Assembly (NCBI GenBank): GCA_036172245.1 | Contig: JAYWIR010000035.1 | Span: 2,232,001 to 2,296,000, forward strand | Direction: 5' to 3' | DNA from: Raillietiella orientalis | Lineage: Eukaryota | Length of the DNA: 64,000 nt | In this document: positions 49,754 through 63,563 of the stretch, in pieces | Layout: each line of letters starts with the position of its first letter | How positions within the stretch are numbered: the stretch's first letter is position 1 | Made by a program: the position numbers and the translations under genes | The notes under the pieces: generated by a model | Seen by the model: only the letters and a program-made list of their open reading frames with translations | What the model was told of the DNA's origin: nothing | The model's database searches: none

Positions 49754-51238
49754 GACGCGGGGCCTCCGATTGCCCAAGAGGTATTTTCTAATGAAGCCAC
49801 TTGTCCTTTGTCGAATTTTGGGAGGTATTGTGCGTACAAAAAGCAGGGGGCGAAAGAGGGGGGTCGCAAAAGCGTTCCACACCGCGGCCCGTTCCTGCAA
49901 GTAAAACTTGCCGTCTCGGAACGGGCCGATCGCCAACTCCACCTTTTGTAGACAGTCGGACCAGGCTTCTGCAGCGCAAAAGTCCCCCAACGGAACTCCA
50001 AATTACTTGAAGTACCCGCCCGTGGGGATCCCCGAGCGGATCCAGTCGGACCGTCCTGCCCGCGACGAGTCCGAAGAAATGATTGACGACTTCGCCCTGT
50101 TTACCTGGAAGCCCGTCCCACGGTTCAGCAACTTAAAGAAATCTTAGAGCGACGATGCCGGGATGGACCCGGAAAGCAGAAGCACAAGGTCGTCGGCATG
50201 GGCCGACACGGCAGGCGTGCAGGGACAGCAGCTCGGCAGGGTTGCTAAAGTCTCCCTGTATGCTCTCAGCACCAACTTAAAGTAGATGCTGAAGAGCAGG
50301 GGGCTCACGCTGTCACCCTGCCGGATGTCGCGACCAACCGGCACGCCGTACACGTGGCGGCTGCTGAAATGGATGTTAATTAGCGCGAAGCGACAGCAAG
50401 AGCGCAGGTACGCCAGGAAGACGGCCGGAAATCCCAAGCGTTCCAGAAGCACCAGGAGGAGCCCCTAGTCGACGCAATCGAAAGCTTTACGCAAATCGAA
50501 CGCGACCGCAAGGGCTCCGGGCGCCACATCCTCCTCCCGGCTTCCCTCCGCAAGGTCAGTGAAGAGTCCAGGACTCTCCTGACCTAGCTGAGCCCTGTTG
50601 CAACTGACAGAAGGTGCTGGCGAGGAACAGGTTGGCCTCCATGGTTCGTCCGGGAAAAGCGTAAGTCTGTTCCGTACTGACCACGGATTCCGCTACCCGT
50701 CCAAGACGCTCAGCCCAGAGTTTAACGAGCAACTTTGCGTCCACATTCTCCACAGTGATAGGACGCCAGTTGCCAACGTTGCGCAACTCTCCTCCCTTAG
50801 AGAGGAGACGTACTCTAGCTGACCGGAACGAGTTGGGGACATCCCCGCGTTCACGGATCAGAAAACACAATCTGAGCACCAGGGCAGCCAACACTGCCGC
50901 AGAATGTTGGTAGAATTCAGCTGGCAGGCCGTCTTCCCCTGGTGCTTTGTTTTTTTTGAGTTTTCTGATGGCGGAGACAATCTCCGTCATCGTAAATTCC
51001 AGTTCGAAGGTGTGACGTTCCTCCTTCCTTAGCGCGGGAGCACCCTCTGACAGCAGACTCTGCGCAAAACGGCGCTTTGGTGGTCACTTGGCGTAAAGGG
51101 AGGAGTAGAAATCCCGCAAAATGCAACAAACCTACGCTGCAGAAGAGTCCTCCTGGCCTTCTTCGTCCAATAAGCAGGCAGACCCGGATTGCCAGGCCTG
51201 CCTCTCAGCTTAAGCCTTGATTTCCGCCAGGCGACGGT
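49754..51238 (-). mobile_element. Family F RT fragment (inverted duplicate of 33612-35096)
   Basis: Translations nearly identical to ORFs at 33731-35100. Confidence 0.88.
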
Positions 51239-51255
51239 CGTTCTCCTTTGCCAGG

Positions 51256-52395
51256 CAACCCTGGCAAAGGAGAACGCCTGGATGGTTTGTGGCCCCGCCA
51301 ACTTCTCCGCTTGGCTGGAAGAGACTTTTGGCACCTGGACCAAGCAGAAACAGAGGTGCGAAGACCGGATGAACTGCCTACGAGTCGGCTTTTACGCCCG
51401 CCGAACTCTTTGTGAAATTATTGAACTTCCACCGAGTTGCACGTGGGCGGAAGGCACACCCCTTGTTACGGTGATGCCCTTCCTCCAAAGGGAGCTTCAT
51501 GGAAGCCGGAAGCCAAAGTGGCAAGTCCGCTGCCGTATCGCAGGCAGAGAGAAGATGATGATCGGCTGGACCATGGGGGAGTTGACAGATGCAGCGACCC
51601 CTTGTCTCCAGCCGCGTGGATTAAGAAAATGGGGCGAGCTGCTCGGCATCCGATTGGATTACCTGAAGTGGCCCCCGGTTCTACTTGGATCCAGGATTCT
51701 TCCCCTGAAGTGGCAAGAATCGGCGCTTCTGTGGCTGCATTGGGGTCTACCCTGCAACGCGCGCCGCCTCAACTGGACGCGAAGAAGAGTAAATCCTGTG
51801 TGTGCCAGGTGTGGGGAGCGGGAGTCGCTCCCCCACCTCTGAGTTGAATGCCCTGCCGTCCGGATTCTTTGAAATCGTCTTAAAACGGTCCTTGGGATAC
51901 CCGATGCTGGCAATGTTGGATGTGTCTACAGTCTTGTGTTCGCGCGGGATATCCTCAGTCCAGCCGCAGCCCTGGCAGCACTTTGCTGCATTCGTGGTAT
52001 CGTGGCATCCTGGAGTGATGCCGAAGATGAAGGCTGCATCGTGAGGGAGGTCATCGAGTATGCTTCTCGCTTCCTGCAGAGAGCTACCCGATGGCCCCAT
52101 CGAGGAAAACTGAAAATGCAACTAGAAGGCATCCTGCGAAGGAGGGGCCCTCACAGCAGTTTTCTGTGATCCCTTCCCGGCCCTCCAAACTTTTTTTTGT
52201 GGTTTGTTTTTCTCTTTTATTTTATTTTTGTTCTCTCCCCCATCCCCATCCACTGCCGAGGGGAGCCACACGGAGCTGCGTTCCGGTGTCCCGGCAGTTC
52301 AGGTATTGCGTGGCCATCAGTGGGGCCTTGTACCACGTTCTGTATTGACTGTTGAAATGTTTTTAATAAACGTCCCGGCGTATCCGGGTGGAATC
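51256..52395 (+). mobile_element. Family C 3' fragment (inverted duplicate of 32462-33594)
   Basis: ORF 51189-51842 has the same translation as 33008-33661; ends CCCGGCGTATCCGGGTGGAATC. Confidence 0.88.
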
Positions 52396-54615
52396 GCCGA
52401 ATCCCCGGGGCAGACGTTGCACAGCGAAAAGTTCGCAAAACTCCCGGACCGAGTCCTTAAATAGGTCCCAATCCGCGAAACTCTGGAGTGTGACGCCTCG
52501 CAGGAATTCGCGATGATGTTCTTTCGCTACTCATAGACGCGTCCAGTCTACTGGCATACGCCAATCCCTGGATGGCGGTCCCTTGTCGCGCGGGCGCATC
52601 TCCAATAATAACCGGGAATGGTCTGACAGCGTCGATCCAAGTGTCCCTATTTTTCCGACCCGTGTGCACAGATCGTCGTCGAGGAAGACGTGGTCCACGC
52701 TGCTGAAAATCCCGCTTATTTCTGTGAGCAAGTTGCGCGCGAGCATGGCGGCGCACAACTTGTTGATCGTGTTCCCCTATGTTCCCGGCTGATCTTAGAT
52801 CCGGCGGACGTTGAAATCCTTCGCTGGCATATGCGCCTTTCGCACGTCCGTTTCCACCAGACATTCGCACTTCAAGGTTTCCAATTACGCGTTGCGCTTT
52901 TGGTATCCTTGTTTACCGCTAGGTGCGTACACATTGGTGACGATGAGGTCGACCGATTCGGATTATCTGAGAGTCTGTTGGCCGATTTCTCTGTCGTCCC
53001 CAAAGCGCATGCCCTTCACGTACGCATTAATGGCTGGCTTTAGAAACAACACGACCCCGCAGGTGTTGCGGGCGCCGCATCGTGAGTACAACCGCCCCCC
53101 CGCGATCGTATCGATCTCCTGGGCGTCTTTTGCTGTGATCACGTCTATCTCTTGCAAAAGCACCAGGTCGAAATCTTGCTGGGTTGCGGCTGTGTCCCGT
53201 CTGTTTCCGTCATCGCGCAGCCCGTTGACATTCCAACTGGCCGCGCGGATCCGACGGCGACAGGCGAGTCCAGGTGTTATCCCTGGGAACCTGGCGGTGG
53301 GGCTCCCGCCACCTTTTGGGGCGAGTCGCTGGACGGGGTTGGCGTCTTGCCCACCAACTCCCCATCCTGCTTACGTGCCGACGTCTCCGGCTGCTCGTGC
53401 GAAGGGGGTGTTGCTCGTACCTGTTGGCTCACATCCATTGGTGCGGGTGGTCCAGGTTCGGCGGTTTCAGGGAGCATTGCTGCCCCTGCTTACCCTCCTG
53501 CATTAAAGTAGCCTTCTCGTCGGCTTCCGCACATATGTGATGCCCGACTTGGGCTTCCACGCTGCCACCCTCTGGTTCCTCGTCCAGTGCATCCCCCTCG
53601 CGCGGAGGCGGAAGGCACCATCGGGGTTTCTGAAATTTTCGCTCCGCTTTCCGTGGTGATGCTTCAATAGAGGATGCACTTCCGGCCTCCCTATCCGACT
53701 CACCTGCGGAAGCCACTTTAACCGATGCCGGCCTACGTAACCCCTTTCGCGAAGGGTTCTTGCGTTCGGCAAGCGTTGCCGCAAGCTCCTCGGCGGCCTT
53801 CTCGAAGGCTGCGTCCTTGGTTTCGGCGATGTTGTCGTCCGGCTGGCCCTCTCCGCAAGCAGGGGGTGGGTTTTTGCGCGCATTCGTCGCGGCGGGAAAA
53901 TCGATCGAAGCCGTATCGCCTCCGGTGGTGTCGGCTGGAACGTGACTGCGCTCCAGCGTAACCGTGCATTTTCGGAGAGTTTTTACGCGCGAAACAGGAT
54001 TGAGCTTATGTTCCGGCCGCTGCCTTTTCTTTTTTCTTCGAAACATGCTTGTCCTTTTTCTCTTTTTTGGCTTTGACTAGCTGGAGCCCTGTTCTCCCTC
54101 TGCGGTTTCGGGAAGATTTTTCTCCGATGCCGCGCTTGCAGCTTGGGTTATTGGCAGCTTTTCTCGGCCAGTTTCACGGTTTCCCAATTTCTCTTTCCCC
54201 GCGCGTTTCCCTTGCGCCTTTTTGGCGGCCGAGGAAATTGGGGTGGGGCGTTTAGGGCACACGCGACGGACGTGTCCCTTTTCCCCGCACAAGTAGCATA
54301 CGATGTTTGGGCACCTCTTTCGGATGTGTCCGACCGCATCGCAGTAGTGGCAATACCGTGGTTTGACCGCATACCAGACGTCTATTGGTTCTTCCGCGGC
54401 CTCAAGCTTGTAAGGAAGCTTCGCTTGGTCTTTTGGGGTTACACGTGCCTCGGCGAGGCCCCCGAAGTGGCGTCCGTAGCCCTCAAATATTGTGGGTTTC
54501 GGCTACAGCGGGTGTACGTCCCCGTATTTACGTAGCTCACCTTTGACGGCAGTGCGCGTCAGGCGCTTACATATTCCTGTGAAGTGGACCACTACCGAGT
54601 GGTCCATTGACACAA
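52396..54615 (-). mobile_element. Family C-type degenerate element: 5'-truncated ORF1 + EN up to GFG
   Basis: Knuckle remnants near 54256-54360; AAEELAATL; EN fragments 52963-53163 and 52531-52758; ends QRLPRGFG. Confidence 0.82.
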
Positions 54616-54639
54616 GGAAGAAACAGTCCGACATTCGTC

Positions 54640-56745
54640 GTTATCATCTGGGTACGCCCGGGGCGTTTATTTGTAAACTCTACATGCGTGGTACGAGGCT
54701 CCACCACGGCCGCAAACACAGGACCTGTCGGAACACCGAGACTCAGCCCGGCGTGACACTCTCCGACAACAAAGGCGGATAAGGATAAGACAAAAATAAT
54801 AATCAAAAATGGAAACAAACAAAAAGAAGTTGGAGGGCAGAGAAGGGATCACTCGTCGCTGTAAGGAGGGCCCATCCGTCGAACGAAGCCTTTGAGGTCT
54901 GTCTGCATATTCCCTAGTTGGCGCAATCGGACAGCTCTTTGCAAAAAGCGTTGGGCATAAGGAATGACATCCCTCGCCTGTGGACCCACTTCTTCGTTGT
55001 TGGCGTAGCTGCATGCCGCCACGATGCAACAAGCGCAGCACAAGGTTGCGATGGCTGCGGCTGGCTGCAGTACGTCCTTCACAAAGAGGGGCCGCAGAAC
55101 TTCTCTAAGGGTGCTGCCCGTAGGGAGCACGAGGGTCATTCCGAGCCGTTCCCAAAGTTGTCGGAGGGCAGCACAATCCACAATAAGGTGGGGGTGCGAC
55201 TCCCGCTCCCCACACCTGGCACACGCAGGATCAACAGCTCCTCTCGTCCAGTGGAAGCGGCGCGCGTTGCAGGGTAGACCCGAGTGCAACAGGAGACACG
55301 CCGACTCTTGGAACATGAGGGGCAGGATCTTGGATTCTTTCATCACCGGGAGCCACTTCAGCTCATCCATGGGGATGGCGAGCAGCTCGCCCCATCTTTC
55401 TAATCCTCGCGGCTGGACGCTCAGGGTCGTGGCGTCGGCCAGTTCTCCTGTTGTGCAGCCGCTGATCAACTTCTCGCGTCCCTCGATGCAGCAGGAGACT
55501 TGCCACCTTGGCGTCCGGCTGCTGTGAAGTGCCCTCCTCAGGAAGGGCAGCGCCGTAGCTAGGCAGGTCGTCTCTGCCCACTTGCATCTTGCTCGACTCA
55601 TCAGGAGATCCCGCAGCGTCTAGCAAGCGTAGGGGCTGCATCGGAGACGATTCTACGTTTCGTGGCTGCTCTGGTTAACCACTGCCCACGTTCCAATTTT
55701 CTCCTCCATGCCAGCGGGGGAGTTGGCGGGCAGCAAACAATCCAGCTGTTCTCCTTGGCCAATGTTGCCATGCGCCCGAGCAGTAGGCCGCATCTTCGCA
55801 ACTTCAGGTAACGGCTCAGAAGAAAAGACGCGAGTCCATCGCACCGGGACACACGGCTGGCCAGGAGGCGGGCTGGAGTGCACCAAGGGGTGCTCCACAT
55901 CTTCGCTGCGATGGCGAGGGTTCGCCAGTGCAGCTGCTTCTTCAAGCGCTCCAGCGTCAGGAGGCCAAGACCGCCGTCCCGACGCGATGCGCACAAGTCC
56001 TTCAGAGGGACTCGGAGCCTCCCTTTGCCCCAAAGGGCGATGCGGAGGAGTTGCTTTGTCCTCTTCTTTGATTCCACGGTGGGGGGGCAAACAACAAGCA
56101 AAAGGCGGAGGATGAAGGCCGCGGAGGCGTTTCAAACGGCGGCCCGTTCCAGCAAGTGAAACTTGCCTTCCAGGAACGGGCCGAACGCCGTCTCGACTTT
56201 TTGGAGGCAGCTGGACCACGCCTCCGCAGGGGAGAAGTCCCCTGACGGCACACCGAGGTATTTGATGCACCTCACCGTGGGATCCCCAGACGGAACCAGT
56301 CCTGCTGCCCTGCCCACGTCGCTCCTACTGGCACCAGCGACGACTTCGTCCTGTTACCCTGTAATCCGGCCCCACGACTGAGCAGGTCGAAGAGATCTCC
56401 GACCGCCTTTGCCGGGGTGGACATTGGCAACAAGAGCAGAAGATTGTCGGCGTACGCTGCTACGGCGGGCGTGCCAAAGCACGAGCTCGGCAAGGAAGCC
56501 ACAGTCATTCTGTACGCTCTCAGCATCAACACAGCGTAGGTGCTAAAAAGCAGGGGGCTGAGGGTATCTCGCTGCCTTATGCCCCGCCGCACCGGCACGC
56601 CATACACCTTGTGACCACTGAAAGAGAAGGTAATCATCCCATTCCGCCAGCAAGAGCGCCGGTAGGAAATCAGGGTGGGTGCGAAGCCCATGCGACCCAG
56701 GAGCTCCAAGAGGAGTTCCTGGTCTACACAGTCGAACGCCTTGTG
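54640..56745 (-). mobile_element. Family C element, 3' part (downstream of the B insertion)
   Basis: Starts HKAFDCVDQ; YADN; CARCGERESHPHLIVDC; 3' UTR matches 21089-21300. Confidence 0.88.
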
Positions 56746-56756
56746 CGTTCTAGGGT

Positions 56757-59700
56757 GGACGTGTTTTTTCGGTTCTCCTCGTGCCAGGAAGTCTCCCCCA
56801 GTGCAAGCGTCGTGTGGTTCGGTGGTCGATCTGGCAGCGATGCCTGACGCGACCACCAGGGATGGCCAGGGGGCAGCGGCAACGCCGCTCCCAGAGGCGC
56901 TGGAGAGCCAGGGGGCGGCGGCAACGTCGCCCCCAGAGTCGATGGAGGTGGGGGCATCCGCCCCCACAGAATCGTTCCCCGCTGCAGCGCGGGCGTGGAG
57001 CGCCGTTGTGTCGGCGCCATCGCCTGCAGCCGCGGCGGAATTGTCGGCCTATGTAGAGGAAGGGTACAACCCCTCAGTGTTCTACAAGGTAGGCAATTTA
57101 TATTCTATAGAGAGCGCGCGCGCCTTCTCGAATGGCATGCGCGATCTCGATGTGAAAGAGAAGGAGCTCAGCGCTATGACCATCCGCAGCGGGGGTCTGC
57201 ACGTTGATGTCATCTGCAAACATGCAGAGCTGTCCCAACGACTGCTTAAAACCCCCGTTGTGATGGGGACGCGCAGGCTCCTCCCCACTACGGCGGACCG
57301 CAGCATGGTGGTCCACCTGTTAGGCGTCACCGCGCGAATGCGCAAAGAACAGGTACGCGCCGCTTTGGAACAGTTCGGAACGGTCCACGCGCAGTGGACG
57401 AAAGTAAGTCCTTTCGAGGACTACACGGGGCTGCAACACGGCCTCACTGCTGCGCGCGTGACCGTTCGGGAGGGCTGCACTCTTCCCCACAAACTGGTGG
57501 TCGAAGGCGAAACCGTCGACCTCTGGTATGTGGGGAAGCCGAAATACTGTGGCTTCTGCAATGCGTCGGGCCACCTCAAAAAGAGGTGTCCCAATGTGCA
57601 GTGCCAAGTATGCGGCACAATGGGCCACACGAGGAAGGTGTGCCCAAAAGCAGCAGTGCGGGTGGTTTCCAAGAGAAGCCTTAAAAAGCACGCCCGGCTT
57701 TCTGCAGAAAACGCTGGCGGCGAAAGCTGCCGCGAAGGTTGTGCCACCCGCGCCCAAGACCCAGGCCGCACCCGAGACCCCGGCGACCAACGCCGAAAAA
57801 GTTGAGGGAGCCGGCCTGGAGACTGGGTGGCAAGTGGCAACGGCCAAAAAATCAAAGAAGGAGAGGAGGATGGAATAGAAAATCGCCTACCAACAGAAGA
57901 AGAAAGAGCAGGGTAGCGCGATAATTAAAGAGTGCAGCGTCGTTGTCGAACAAGTTCTCGATGTTGCCGAACGGTGCCGGAAAGAACTCGCCGCTACCGA
58001 CGACCTCCCCTCTGTTGACACAGTCAACAGCGAGGGGAGCGAGCCGGCGGCGGCGTCCGTCATCGACACCACCATCGATGACGTAGCCTTCGCGCGAGCC
58101 GCGGAGGAGCTGGCAGCCTCGTTGCAGCCAGAATTCTCCAAGGCTGGCAAGAAGGCCGTAAGGCGTCCGGCCTCCCCTCAGGAGTCCCCCACTTCCGACC
58201 CCGAGGTGGAGGCCGGATGCGCAGCCTCCGTTTCTACGGCACCGCGCAAGAAGGCTGGACGTAAGTCCACAAAGCCAAGGAAGCTCGTCTCCCCCGTCGA
58301 AGGGGAAGAGATGGCTTCCGCAAGCGAGGGTGCCATGAGCGTGGGAAACTCTCGGGACCCGTCGTCCGAGAGACTCCCACGCGCGGACACGGAGGGGATG
58401 GAGGGGGTGGAATCCGAACAGGTGCCTCAGGTGCCTGAGAAGGCCGAAACCCCCATGGACATCATGCCCGCCTCGCAAGGAGGGCTCCCCCACACCTTAA
58501 TCTTCCCAGCAGTAATGCCGGGAATCTCCTCCCGCCGTCGTCTGCGCATCGCCGTTTGGAACGTGAACGGCATGACAGACGCCGGCAGGAGACGAGACAT
58601 ATCCGCCCTTCTGGAGTCCTACGACCTTGCGCTGCTGCAGGAGATCCACGTGATCTCTGCAGAACAAGCGCAAGAGATCGAACGGATCTGCAGAAAGCAG
58701 CTCTGGTACAGGTGTGGGAGAGCAAAAAGTTGCGGTGTCGCCTACCTGCTTCGGCCAGCCGTCGAGGCCGCGGCTCGGGGCGTGCGGTTCGACGATCACG
58801 GTCGTGTCGGCCAGCTGACTCTCAGGTGGTCCGATTCGATCGATCTGATCGTCACGAACGTGTACGCACCGAGCGGCAAGGACCCGATCACCAGGAGGGC
58901 GAGGAAAGAGTTTTTCCTTGCCCTCCGGCGAGACTGGCTGACCAAAGCAGGCGTGCAGTATGCCCATCTGGTTGCAGGCAATTTCAACGTTCGCCTGAAA
59001 CCAGATGGGCAGAATCCTGAGCGTGACCTGGTCAACGAGGTGTGCATGGCGGTGCACACCTGTAATTTGTTGGCCAGTGCACCGGGGATGGAAGACAGCA
59101 TTGACCACGTGTTTCTTGACGAGAACCTGTGACCTCGCGTGGGCAGGCCCGGCAAGTTACCGTGCGAGCTGTCCGACCATCGCCCTCTAGTCCTCGAGAT
59201 CCATCCGCGCGACAGGGGCTCCCCCTCGTCAGCGTGGCGACTCCCAGGGGACTGGCTGAAGCTCCCGGACACGGCGGAACATCTCCGCACGTTCACACGG
59301 AGCTTTAGGCTGCGGACACTCCAGGATTGGGACCGCTTCTAGCGGTCGGTCCAGGAGTTCTGCGACCAGTTCCCTCTGCACCGCCTACCTACGGGTTTTT
59401 AGACCGGGGTCCGTAACGAACGAGCCTACCTGCAGGCCTGTCGTTACGCCACGACCCCCGACATCCGCAAGCTGGCGGAATACAAAGCGGGAGCCCAGAG
59501 GCAAGCCTGGCAGTCCGGATCGGCGAGCTTCCTGGACGATCAGGGCCAGGAGCACTCTGCACCTGCCCAAATCCGCGGCCTGCTGCGGAGTTACTACTCC
59601 TTCCTGTATGCCTTGGCACCTCCAAAGAGGAACGTCTCACGACTCCTGCTTCCGGAAGGCGCTCCAGCGATCGGGGAGGAGCAGAGAAAGACCCTCGACG

Positions 59701-62310
59701 AGCCTTTCACGATGGACGAGATCCTCTCGGCCATCGGAAAGCTCAAGAGGCGAAAGGCTCCAGAGGAGGACGGTTTGCACGCGGAGCTTTATCAAACTCT
59801 CGCGGCTGAGCTTACCCCCCTGGTACAGCAACTCAGCTTGCTGATACGCAAAACAGGTGACGTTCCCGCCTCGTTTCGTTCGGCAAAGGTGCGGCTCCTC
59901 CGGAAGGGAGGAGACCTAAGGAGCATGAACAACTGGTGTCCCATCACAATATTGAATGCGGACGCCAAGTTGATGGCTAAGGTTTGGGCAGAGCGTCTGG
60001 GACGGGTTGCCAACATCTTCATCATCCCGGAACAGACATATGCTGTTCCCGGGCGAAGCATGGAGGCGAACCTGTTCAACGCTCCCACCTGGCTAGAGCT
60101 CCAACATGAAAGGAGATTGGTGCGCAGCCGGAATTCCGGTGCGTACGCCGGCAAGGAGTTGAATGGTCGGTTGGGGGAGGGAGCCCTTGCGGTCGCAATC
60201 GACTTGCCAAAAGCATTCGATTGCGTCGACCAGAATCTCTTTCTGGAACTTCTGGAACGCTTGGGCTTCCCGGCCTCATTAGTAACCTATCTGCGCTCCT
60301 GCTGGCGCGATGCGATCATCAATGTTACTTTCAGCGGGCAGACCGTGCACGGCGTGCCGGTGCGGCGTGGGATCCGGCAGGGAGACAGCCTGATCCCCTT
60401 GCTCTTCAGTACCTACTTTGAGTTGGAGCTAAAAGCGTACAGGGGAACTCTGGCGCACCTGCCGCACGACTGTGCCGGTACGCCGGCCGTTTCAGCATAC
60501 GCGGACGACCTTCTGCTGCTGCTCCCTATGTCCACCCCGGCTGCGGCGGTCGAGGAGTTCTTCGACCTGCTGCATCGGGGAACCGGACTTACGGTGAACA
60601 GGGCGAAGCCGTCCGTGATGCCAGTTGGTGCGGCGTGGGCAGGGCAGCAGGACTGAGTCCGTTTGGGGATCCCCACGGTGAGGTACTTCAAGTACCTTGG
60701 TGTGCCGTTGGGGGACTACTCCCCTGCGGAAGCGTGGTCCGGCTGCATCCAAAAAGTAGAGACGGCTATCGGCCCGTTCCGAGGCGGCAGGTTTTTCCTG
60801 CCTGAACGGGCCGCGGTTTGGAACACGTTCGCGGCTCCTCTCCTCCGCTCCCTGCTTTTTGTTTGCCGCCACAGAGAGGATCAAAAAGCGGACGAAGGAC
60901 CTCCTCCGTATCGCCCTTTGGGGCAACGGGAGGGCCCGAGTTCGCTTTAAGGACTTGTGCGCTCCTCGTCGGGATGGTGGTCTGGGCCTCCTGACGCGGG
61001 AGCGGCTGGAGCTTCAGATCCAGTTCCGCTTTTCGGCACTCTTTCCAGAGTTGTGGTGCACCTGTTGGTGCGTCCCTACACGTCTCCTACTCCAGCAAGC
61101 CACCGGCAAGTCGGGACTGACGTCGTTTCTTGCACTACGTCGCCGCGTCAGCCGATGCGGAATGCAGCTACGGAGGGTGGCTGCGCTTTATCGGAAAAAC
61201 CCAGGATTGCTCACCTGTCGCCCGTTTGACGGTAGTGCCTGGTTGCTGGAAACCGTTCAAAGGTGGGGACAGTTCGGCATGCAACGCTCCCAACAGGAAC
61301 GAAGGTTCCTGTCTGGGGGTTACAGAAGTTGCACGCTCCGCGAGATCCTGGAGGATCCAAAGAAGAGAGCGTGGGCAGGAAGAACCCCCCTCGCTGCTGC
61401 GCTGCCCTCCCTGATGGAAGATCTGGACAGCGATGTTGCGGCGAAGTGGGTGGTTACAGAAACAATCTCCGGAAAGGAGAAGAAGATAGGAGAGTGGAAG
61501 ACGGGCCAGTTAACAGACGCTGCGACCCCGAGTACGCCTCCCAATGGACTTCTGCGCTGGGGCGCGCTGCTCGATGTTCCCATTGAACATCTGAAGTGGC
61601 CCCCGGTGCTCATGAACACTTCCGCCCTCCCCTTAAAATGGCAGGAGTCGGCTATCCTGTTGCAGCACTGGGGACTCCCCTGCAACGCCCGCCGACACCA
61701 CTGGACCTGGGGAGCGGTGGACCCAAATTGCGTTAGGTGTGGGGAACGGGAGTCCCTCCCCCAACTGCTAGTGGATTGTTTTGCCCTTCGGCCCCTTTGG
61801 TTTCGCTTTGCCGCGGCCATCGGAATCCCCTGCGGCAACCCCAGGGACGCACTGAAAGCCCTCTTCGTTGCCGACGCCCTTCGGCCAGCTGCCTCGTTAG
61901 CAGCTTGGTGCTGCCTACGCGGGATCGTCACCGCTTCGAGCAAGGCTACGGGAGGACAACGCGACCAGAGTGCCATCCAGCACGCCTCCCAGTTCCTGAG
62001 GAGGGCGTCCCGATGGCCCCACCTGGATCCAGGAATACAGAAAAAGCTTGCCGGCATCCTGCAAAGGATGCAACGGCCCCACCAGCAACTGTGATCCCCT
62101 CCCTTACCCTCCCAACTTTTCTTTTCTTTTTTGTTTTGTTTTTTGTTTTCCCCCCTTCCCCCTGCCGCCGTGGTGGACCGTACCCGTCTTCGAACCGGTG
62201 ACCCGGCAGGCTCTGTGTTTCTTCGTGCGTGGCTGGAGCAATGGTCCAGCCACCGCACGTCTTTGTAAAAGTTTATTTTACAATAAACACCCCGGCGAAA
62301 TCCGGGTGAA
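56757..62310 (+). mobile_element. Family B full-length element with target-site duplication
   Basis: 5' GGACGTGTTTTTT; ORF1 56840-58515 frameshifted; ORF2 58515-62094 with stops (WNVNG, YADD, CVRC); 3' AATAAACACCCCGGCGAAATCCGGGTGAA; flanked by AGTCG(A/G)ACGCCTTGTG. Confidence 0.93.
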
Positions 62311-63563
62311 AGTCGGACGCCTTGTGGAGATCAACTGCAAGAGCTAGGGCCCGCTTCCCCGCCCGGGGGTCCCTTTTCAGCCCGGCTGTTGGCCTTAATG
62401 TGGGGTTGCCGACATTCCCTATCCCTTTCTTGTCTTTTCTCTGCAGGTGCACCCTTGTGCTTGCGAAGAAGAGGTTGGCATCCATACTTCGCCAGGGAAC
62501 AGCACAAGTCTGCTCCGGGCTAATTTCGGATTCTGCCACCTGCCCCAGACGTGAAGCCCATAGCCCTGCTATTAACTTAGCGTCCGTATTCACGATCGTC
62601 ATCGGACGCCAGTTCTTTCAATCCCTGAGGTCTCCCCCTTTCGGAAGGAGCCTCACTCTGGCTGACCGAAACGAGGCGGGAACATCGCCTTCGTCTCGGA
62701 TCAGCCTTGTCAGCTGAAGCAACAGGGGTGCCAGCTCTTCCGCGAAGCTCTGAAAGAAGTCCGAGGGCAAGCAGTCTTCCCCTGGAGCTTTTTGCCTCTT
62801 AAGCCTTTTGATACCGGCGAGAAATTCGCCTGTGGTAAAAGGCTCGTCGAGGCTTTCCAACTACTCCTCCCCTATTGCCAAGGCGCCATCCGGAAGCAAG
62901 CGCCGAGAGGCGTCTCAATCGGGGGGCTCCCTGGCGTAAACGGAGGAATAAAAACTCCGCACAAGATGCCGTACCGACGCCGGGGACGAACATTCCGGCC
63001 CTGGTCGTCCAGCAAGCTGGCCGACCCGGATTGCCAGGCTTGGCGTTCGGCCCCGGCGCGGTACTCGGCCAGGCGACGGACATTAGGGGTTCTCTCGTAC
63101 CTACGAGCCTGTAAATAGGCCCGATGGTTGCGAGCACCCTCGCCGAATCCGGGGGGCAGTGGATCCAGGGGGAACTGCTCACAGAACTCGCGGACCGATT
63201 CCTTAAAAAGGTCCCAGTCCTGGAGTTTCCGGAGCGTGACACCTCTCAGGAATTCGCGAAGGTGTTCCTTCGCACCTCAGAGTCGCATCCAGTCCCCCGG
63301 CAAACGCCAATTCCTGGATGGCGGTCCCTTGTCGCGAGGCCGCATCTCGAAAATTAACAGGGAATGGTCCGACAACGTCGACGCAACCCTTCCCCGTTGG
63401 CCGACCCGTGAACACAGGTCAGCGTCGAGGAAGACGTAGTCGATGCAGCGAACCATTCCCCTCTCACCCGCGAACTAGTTGCGCGCACGCATGGCGGCGC
63501 ACAACTCGATCATCGCGTTCTCTTGTGTTTCTGGCTCACCTTTTAGCAGACGGAGATTGAAAT
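62311..63563 (-). mobile_element. Family C element, 5' part (EN FN motif to RT motif A); continues at 56745
   Basis: ORF 62273-62602 ends ALAVDLHKA; colinear with 23190-24430. Confidence 0.88.
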
